NCBI GenBank assembly: GCA_964234715.1
Contig: OZ174280.1
Length of the DNA: 64,000 bases
Source of the DNA: Podarcis melisellensis
Lineage: Eukaryota
Direction: 5' to 3' (one strand)
Numbering within the stretch: position 1 is the stretch's first letter; every line of letters starts with the position of its first letter. The notes beneath the pieces are model-generated. The model searched no databases, had not been told where the DNA came from, and was given only the letters and a program-made list of their open reading frames with translations. The translations under genes and the position numbers were made by a program. Below are positions 37,701 to 46,700 of this stretch, piece by piece.

Positions 37701-40700
37701 TACTCCTCCCTGGTGCAGAGGGTCAAAGAGTGTATGGAATATATGATTACCTATCAAGTTATTATTTCCGAAGTATTGAGCATTCCAGTCAATGAGAGGA
37801 GGATTAGAGGAATTGGTGAAATTGGGTGCATGTCTCCCAAACAGAGTTTTGATCAGGAGTGAGGAATCTGTGACCCTCCAGAAGTTGCTGGCCATTGGCT
37901 TTGCAGGCAAGAACTGTTGGGAGTTGGAATCCAAAAGCATATGTAGAGTCACACATTTTTCTTTCCTAGTTTAGATAGACATCCATTATGTTTCCAGGCA
38001 TTCCAAAGCTGCATGAAAGAGTCTTATTTGTGTTTATCTGTGACTCAGGGCTCTGACAATGGCTATTTTGGTGCTAAGTTCTGGCACTAAACACAGGTTT
38101 CTGTGTTGAGACTTCCAGAAGGCATAGCTAAGACTTAAGCATTAGAGTTGACGAAGAATAGAGAGAGAATAAACTCCAACTGAGATGTAGTGTAGCATGA
38201 CTTTCTGAGGATAATAGGAGAAACTAAGAATGTTGTCCATCTTGTTCTGCCCCCAGACAAGTCAGTGCATGTGGCTGATGCAAGCTCTGGGCTTCTTGCT
38301 CTCTGCCCTCCAAGTGGAGGAGATTTTGAAGAATCTGCACTCATTGATTACTCCTTACATCCAGCAGCTGGAGAAGCTGGCTGATGAAACGGTGAGCTAC
38401 TTCACTTGCTTGGTGGTGGCTGTTTGCCAACCTTCTTTTAAGAAAGAATAGAGCCTGTTGTGTGTAAAACTCTACTCTTCTTCTTGCAAGTTGTGCATTG
38501 TTTTAACCATACCTCCCTGGTCTTGCAAGCCTCTCATTTCTTATCTCTGTCCTCTGGTTTTTAAATTCCTTCCCCCTGCCCTGTTTTCCATTATGCTTCT
38601 GGAGTCAAGAACGGAGTGGGTGAGAATTGGCTGGGGGTGGGGGTGGGAATCAATCACTAGACTATGCTTCACAGTTGTGCTGTCCATTCTTGCTGCCAAT
38701 CTGGGACATCTGATGTGAGTGGCCCATATCCTGGGTCTACTGTAACTGCTATAGTGATGCCTTGCCTTGCAGCCAAACCCCTCCAACAAGCTGGCCATCA
38801 TCCACATCCTGGGCTTGCTCTCCAACCTCTTCACCACATTGGACATCAGTCATCATGATGATGATCATGAGAGCTCAGAGGTCAAGAAGCTGCCGGTGCC
38901 TCAGGGCCCCAATCCGGTGGGTGTTACATGTGTCTGAGTAGTTCTTTTTATACATTAGGGCATACAACTCCATGTTTATTTGGCTGTGCCTCTTCCCTGC
39001 CATGTAACTGTAGGCAGCTTCTTCTAACTTTTGAAGGGCAGTAGCATAGAATGGTTGAAGGGTTGTGAAAATAGGTGGTGTACAACATAGCACTGTGTGT
39101 GTGTTACTTTAACTATTGGAATGAGCCCGTGTAGATTAGCCACTTCATCACCGCAGATTGTGAGCTTTTTGACGTGACTACTGAGTGATCAGAAGAGAGC
39201 TCAGAATGTCCCTTCAATTGCGTATATTTTCTTTGTGTTCGCTTTTAAAAAGAAGTGAGGGCAGCTGCACATCTGGTATTGTGAGACTTTTGAAAACTAC
39301 TCTGGCATAATATGAGTTGTGGAGCAATCTCTAGAGAGGCCTCTAATACCATCTTTTCATCCCTGGATCTGAATGGTTGTGAGCTGTCTCCTCCTCCTCA
39401 AACTGTAGTAGACCAAGCCAGTTTCATAATTATCTTTTATCTTCTTCCTCTAGGTAGTGATGGTGCTGCAGCAAGTCTTCCAGCTTATCCAGAAAGTGCT
39501 CAGCAAGTGGCTGAATGATGCCCAGGTTGTGGAGGTAATGCATCTTCTAGGTTAAAAAACAAGCAACACTTTGCCCACATAGCTATAGTTAGATAGGAGA
39601 TTCCCAGGTTGGCACTGGTGGTTGTTGGTAGAACTTGAAGAATGTATGTTTGTGATGTTGGATAAGTCTCTCTTTTCAGTTGATTCCCACATTCTGTTCA
39701 ATTTGGTATTCTACTTTTAGGCTTAGGAGTTTGGCCGACCACGCCAAACTTACCTCACAAAACTGAATTGGAGGTGGGTGGAGGAAACTATATATGGCAC
39801 CTCAGGCTTCTTTGAGGAAAGGTGAAGTACAGAATCAATAGATATTTAGCTAAGGAACAAGTTATTTAACCACTCCTCCCTTGACGCAGCCCTTCCTCTT
39901 CCCACAGTCTGTGTGCTCCATTTTTGAAAAGTCTGTGAAGACCCTCCTGGATGACTTTGCACCCATGGTGCCTCAACTGTGTGAGATGCTGGGCCAGATG
40001 TATAGCACCATTCCTCAGGCATCTGCCATTGATCTCACTCGACAGGTAAGTCTAAGTACTAGAATTCCTGGAAGCTACTAAGTTTACAATGGAGGCTGAT
40101 TACTCAACAGATTAATTCCTACCCACTTAGTATCTTTAGCTTGTCTCCTTTGTTTTGTTCAAGCACAGATATTGCTCAAAATGTGTTTTCCCCCATACAC
40201 GCGAATTGTGTATGCACATATCTGAGAAGCTACTGTAGTGTTCCTATGCCAGCTGGTCTCTGTCTCCTTTGCTGTGTTAGCAGCAAGGGTCTTGTTGATG
40301 TTTTTAGGCAAAGAACAGGCAGCTAGACTTACACGGGGGATAGCTAGGGGCTACAAATATGGGATGGAATGGAATGGGTCAAACCAGACTGCTCTGGCTT
40401 CAGTCTCCTTTGTATTTTATATCCCCAGCTGGTTCACATCTTTGCCCATGAGCCTGCCCATTTCCCACCTATCAAGGCGCTCTTTCTGCTCGTCACATCA
40501 GTTACGCTAACACTGTTTCAGCAAGGTACGTGTGCTTGGGCACCTTCAGTCTTGTGAGGCTGCCACGTTGAAAACTGCTGTTCCTGGTTTCAGCTGTTCA
40601 GACTCGACTATAAGGTGTGTGCAGGTGGGGGGAGGGAACACCTTCCTCAGGTCATGGCTGTGCTCATTCAGTTCCAAAAGCTTTTAGCTGGTACAGATGA

Positions 40701-43700
40701 AGATGAAAAGCTCTTGCTGAGGTGGACTCTCTGGCATGCTTCTCCTCAGGTATCAGTGCCTGAGTGGACAGTAGTGCTGCCATTTCTCCCTCTTCTCCTG
40801 TCCTTCATGACTGGAAATGTGCCCTCCCCGTGTCAGATTCCTGGGTTAGGGCCCCAAGAGGAAGATGAAGCGAGCAATCGGCTCTGAGTAGAAAGCAAGA
40901 ATCACTCAGGAGTGTGTTGTAATGTCTTTCAGTTAACCCCATCATGGCTCTTTATGGAGTCGACCATATTCATCAGGGTGTTTTTTTTCCTGTGGCCTAA
41001 ATAAAACATTTGTCATGTGGACTCTGTATCCTATCTCCCTGGTTCTCCAGCTCAAAGGATTCCTTTTACAGCTTTGTGAAATTCCCAGCAAGTGTTTGGA
41101 CTTGCCTTTGCATGGAACTGCCATATTGACTCCATGTTGACCCCAGCTGAGATGAAAAGCTTGGAATACATGTACAGATCCAGTCAGCATGGTTGGTGGG
41201 GTATCTGCTTCCTTCTCCAGGTTCTTGTTTGAACTCAGAATTGATGGGAAGCAACTAGTACTTGGAGTGATGCCCTGTTATTGCCTGACTGGGTCAGGCA
41301 TAGCCAACATGGAGGAAGAGAATTCTCAGATCCAGGAAAGCTTATGTGATAATAAATTTGCTAAATTTATAATGCCACAAGGCTTTCTGTTTTGTGGAAT
41401 GGAAGTATGCTTACCAGCAACCACACTGGCCTTTCCCTGCAGAAAATGCCAGAAAGTTGGGTTCTTCCCAACTAGGCAGGCATGTGGACATGGGTGTTAG
41501 GAAAATATTGTGTTGGGACTGTCCACCCGGCACTCTAGTGGATTTCCAATACTTTGTGCCTACTCCATGTCAATACTGGATTTGTTGTTTGACTCTGGAG
41601 TTGTCTTTCAGGACTAAGTAAATCATGATAACATGTATCCAGTTCAAATGTGCTCGTTCTCCACATGAAGCTGGTGTCCAGTTAGCTCCTGCTTCTCTCT
41701 TCCCTTGCTAGGGTGCAATGAGCTCTCCCCTTCCTATCCTTGGTGCTTGGCAGGGGACTCTGGGCACAGGCCTATTCCTTTGCACTTTCTTTCTGTTCTT
41801 GGGTTTCCAAGCTCCATGATTTTTGTATGTTTTGTTTCTTTAACTTGCTTCAAGCTGCTCATGTGCCTGCCCTCCTCGACCCACCCCCTTGCACCCTCCC
41901 CTTCCTTCCCTTACTCCTGTTTTCACTTGTAAATTCTTTCTGTATCACATAACTATATGATGTTGAGTTGCTGTTTGTATGATTTTTCTCTTCAGTTACA
42001 TCTTTATTATATTTTTAGGGCCCAGGGATCATCCTGATATTGTTGATTCATTTATGCAACTCCTGGCACAGGTGTGTTTTAGTTTCTTATTCATTCACTT
42101 TCTGTTCTCTCTCTTTCTCTTTTTTAATTCAATTTAAACCTATTTTTAGCTTTCTGTTGACAACGTTTTTTCCTTTTAGTTGAATATCGAGTTTCTCCAT
42201 CTGTTTCCGTGGAAGTTGAAAACAAAACATTCTCCTTTTTCATAGGTGTGAGTTTGCCCTTTCCATTCCCCAAGGGGCAATACCTAGTGATGCAACAAGG
42301 CTTGTAGGTTGGGTTTGTTTTCAAGTCATGTGGTGTGGCCTTGCCCAGGAGGGGGCTGCTGAAAAATTGGTAAATGTAGTTCAAGAGTTATGGCAGCAGC
42401 ATTCCAGTCCTGGTATAGATCTGTGTGCTTTTCTGAAGTGACTCTGACTTCTTTACAAATGCTGGCAAGTCCATAGTTTCTGTTTATTAGGTAGGAGTGA
42501 TGTATTCAGTAACTTGGTGGATCTGGGAGGGGCAGCTGATCTAATGGGCAAGGATAGCAGATGAGCCTTGTCTCCCGTGTTTGACCCCCAAACCCTTCTG
42601 CACTCCAGCATTTCTGCCAAGGCTTCCTGTGTCTGGTGTTTTGTTTTTCCCCCCAGATTGTGCTTCTTCCATAGAGCTCTGTCTCTAATGCTGTAATGAC
42701 ATCATGCACAGGGCAGGGCAAAGCAGTGGTGGTGGAATACAAACAGAGGCTGGTGGGTATCATTCCCTGGAGTAAGTGAAGGATGAAGCACCCCCAGCAA
42801 GTGGATTAGAATGAGCAATCCCTAGACTGAAAATAAGCTGCAGCACTAAGAACTGATGGAGCAGAATGGGGTGGGATCTTATATATTGATCTCCTGACTG
42901 TAATAAGATGCTCTCTCGTTGGCTCTGGTTTATTGTTGCCTAATGGGGTTTCTGTATACTGTGATGGGGGAAGTATCTGAGTGCTTAGCTCCCCCTTGTG
43001 GCAGTTAATACAGATGCAAATATGGGAGGCAATGTTTCTAATAGGTAAAGGTAAAGAGACCCCTGACCATCAGCTAATACTCACACTTCTATTCAGTAAC
43101 ACAGTAACAAACTTCCAGAAAATTCTGAAATTTGACAACAGCAAATCGCAAAATTAAAATGCCACCCTTTAGAGTTCTTATTCTTGTTTTGTCATCATGT
43201 TAAGGGGATGTCAGCTATCAATGTACAGTTAAATATCAAATACTGAAATCAGTTATAATTATATAGGTGGAACCCTATGGTGGATCCATGTTCTCAGGAA
43301 AGGGTTGGAACAATCTCATCCTAGGAGGGGGGGGTAGGGAGTAGCTTTAGCCAGATGAAGGAAAAGGAGTTGGAATGGTAGATGTGAAGAGAGGGACTAG
43401 GAGAAGCCCCTGGGGCATCCAGACACAGTTGAAAGCCCCACAGTAGCTCATGCAGTTCGACATGGAACAACTTGGGACCCCAGATCTTCTGACTGACTGC
43501 ATCCAGACGAGACCTAATCATCAGCCAATATTCATCCTGAAGAATTAAAAAATGCAGCACCGTGTCTGGGACAGTGGGTGTCATAGTTTGGCTCATGCTG
43601 GAAATTAAAGCAGTAGTGTTTCAGTGGACTCAAAACAACGCTATTAATACTTTTTTATATTGTATGTCTTCCTCTCTTGCATATATACACACATACACAC

Positions 43701-46700
43701 ACACTTTCCTCCCTTGGTTGAATAAATATTGTTTGTTTGCCTCCATAAAATTTGAGAGAAGCTCAAATTAGAAGTTGCCTGGGATTGGGCTGATTTAGCT
43801 ACTAGTGCCCAGTATGTTTTGTTCACCACTTTTTTTGGAGATGTGAAAGCTGGTGGTCTGGAGACACTGTACTCTGCATCTTGGTGTCACTGGCATTCTT
43901 ATTCTTATGTCGCTTATTCTACTTCATCTGTGAGCCTAAGTCCCATTGCACTTTTGCTATCTCTCAGCATTCACATTAAAATTTAACACACACCCCAAAA
44001 GAGGAGAGAGAGGCAGCTGATATACTGGTTATTCCCCATATTGTCATTAGCACTTTCATTATTTCTTTGAGTAAAAAAATAAAATACTACCTCCTGGTCC
44101 ACCAGTCCCACAAAACAGCTTACAATAAGATACAATAAAATTCTGAAGCAATATTCGAAACACTTGTAACTAAAAGATTAATTACAGTAGTCCAGCATTT
44201 GAAACTCTTCATCTTCCAACTGCCTTGCTAAGAATATGTTTGGGCCATGCACCAAAATGCATCTTAGCAGACTCTCTAGAGAGACACTTCCAAGGGCAGG
44301 CTGCCATCACCCAAAGAGTCATGCTCTTTGTGGCTACCAGTCTACATACACCTGTAGTACTTGGAGCAAGAACTCAACTAAAACAAAAGAGGCAGAGTGG
44401 ATTTATATGGGAGAATATGACCCTTGAGGTAACATGGTTCCAAACTATGCATGGTTCTGGATTCTGTATGAGGCAAAGAGGACTGGGTTGCATTTGAAAG
44501 TGCAACTTCTGCAGTCTGCCATTTTCCTATAATTTGCTGACGGTGTCCCATTGGCAGAATGTCACCTATACCCTTCTCTCCTGGAGTAAGCCTAAATTGG
44601 CAATGCCCTAGAAGACTTCTGTTAACATTTGCTATGTTTAACTTGCCCAACTGGTGGCCCATGTCCAGGCTCGTTCTGTCCCAACAACCAAGTTAAAAGA
44701 CACTGGATATAGGAATATTTGAGAAGTCTGAAATCCTAGGGGAATGTTCTCCCCTCACGCTTAGTGTGGAGACAATCAGTAGGAAAATTCTTCACAGCAT
44801 CAGCATCAGGCATGCACTTTCTTTGAAGCCATCTAGTGAGACTCGAATACAGGCCTAGCAGAAGGGTCAGTTTGCTAAAATGAGAAGACCATTGAGTATG
44901 TAACAACACTGCTTGTCCATTCAAGTGGACTGGTACATTGTGAAACATAAATGTTGTGTCTGTGTGCAGAATAATGCAAGAATATATACCATTTTCCTTT
45001 CTTTGTTCAAAAATCAAATCATCTTGATTTGCAAGTATTGCCCCACTAATGCCTATATTATCCCTAAATCAAAAGACCAGCAGCCTAGGCTTAAATATAC
45101 ATTTGAGCTTTCCTGAAATTGTGTGTATTGCCTTGTAGAAGAAAAAAAGAAGTGAAGAGGAAAGGGAGATGCAAAAGAATGATCTTTTGTGAAACAATTT
45201 TAATTGCTTAAAATGTCAGAACACTAGAGTCATTCCTCTAGCATAGGTGTTTACATGAAAATTTTAAATATGTTCTTAGAGGTCCTAGTTTTAGCGCACC
45301 CCCATAAGGTTGCTTTGATACAAAGGTAGTTGTTGAGAGACAAAGGGTTAGTGTCAAGTCATGAGCATATTGTGAGCTAGCACTGAGTTTCCTTTAACTG
45401 GTTGTCATTATGTGGTATATTGGCTAAATTGTTTATGGAGACCTGTATAGGTATTAATATAATTTATTCTGCATGGTTTAATTTGCTTCACTTTGGATAT
45501 GAGCAAATGTTTCAGTAATGGAATACAAAGATTTGTGGGCTCAGACATTTGATTTAATTGGCCTTTTTATCTATTTCTATACTGATGGCTCACAATGCAC
45601 TGTGTACTAAGCAAATCTGTTTCCACTTAGTTGGCTGTAACACATTGTGGGAGGAATTCAACATAGCACTATGGCAATCATTCTGTCAAAGCAAGCGCTT
45701 CATCTTGCCATATGGAATGATGCCCCTCTCTTCCTCCTGCAGGCTGTTTTGGGGGGGCCTCCTGGCCCTTCTCCAGCCAATTTGGGTGCAGGGAGAGGGA
45801 AGAGGGGAAGCCCCATTGCGCTAGTTCTGCTAGTGGGGCTCATTAGTTGAAACTGGCCGTCAATATGTAAAAATGTACTTGGAGGGATGCAAACAAACGA
45901 AACATTCTTTACTAGGGTGATGGAATAAAAATTATTTTTAAAACTTTAGAGTATTAGCAGTATTCCATAGCAGTTTTAACAGTAGCATTTGCAATACAAG
46001 AGCCATTGAAAACTCTGCAGATTAGCACCAGGCAGATATTTACCATTGCATGACAGAAAGGGACATAACGTTGGATCATAGGAAGGTGCCTTACACCAGG
46101 TCAAACCATTGGTCCATCTAGCTCAGTATTGTCTACACTGACTGGTAGTGGCTCTGCCAGGTTTCAGGCAGGGGACATCCCTAGCCCTACCTGCAGATGT
46201 CGGAAATTGTACCTGAGAGCTTCAGTGTGCAAGGCAGATGCTCTGCCACTGAATTACAGCACTTCCCTTAACTCTCTTTGCTCCTTCCACCTGGGTGATG
46301 AACAAGTGGACAATCAAGGTGTGTAGAGTGGAAACTGAGAATGCAAAGCTTTGGAAGCTAGTCATTGCAGTGATTGGTATCCAGTTGCAGGTACAACAAG
46401 CAATACTTCTGCAGCCCCGGAAGATCGTGCTTCATTGACAAAGCACATACTTCACATAGCTATATGGGAGTATAAGTTGTTTAGGGCCCTGTTTGTTAAT
46501 AGGTCTCACCTTGTTTTGCGAATGCCATGGTGGAGCAGATGTTTAGGTCATTCAACAGTGGGGACTGCTGTCCAAGGTGCTGAATTGGATAGGCTCGCAA
46601 AATTCTTGCCTGTGCTTGCTGTCTATGGTGCTGAAATAAGCTGCCAGGCAGCAATATTTATATTAAGTCACAAGTAAAATCAGCCTTTTTGTAGTTTAAC

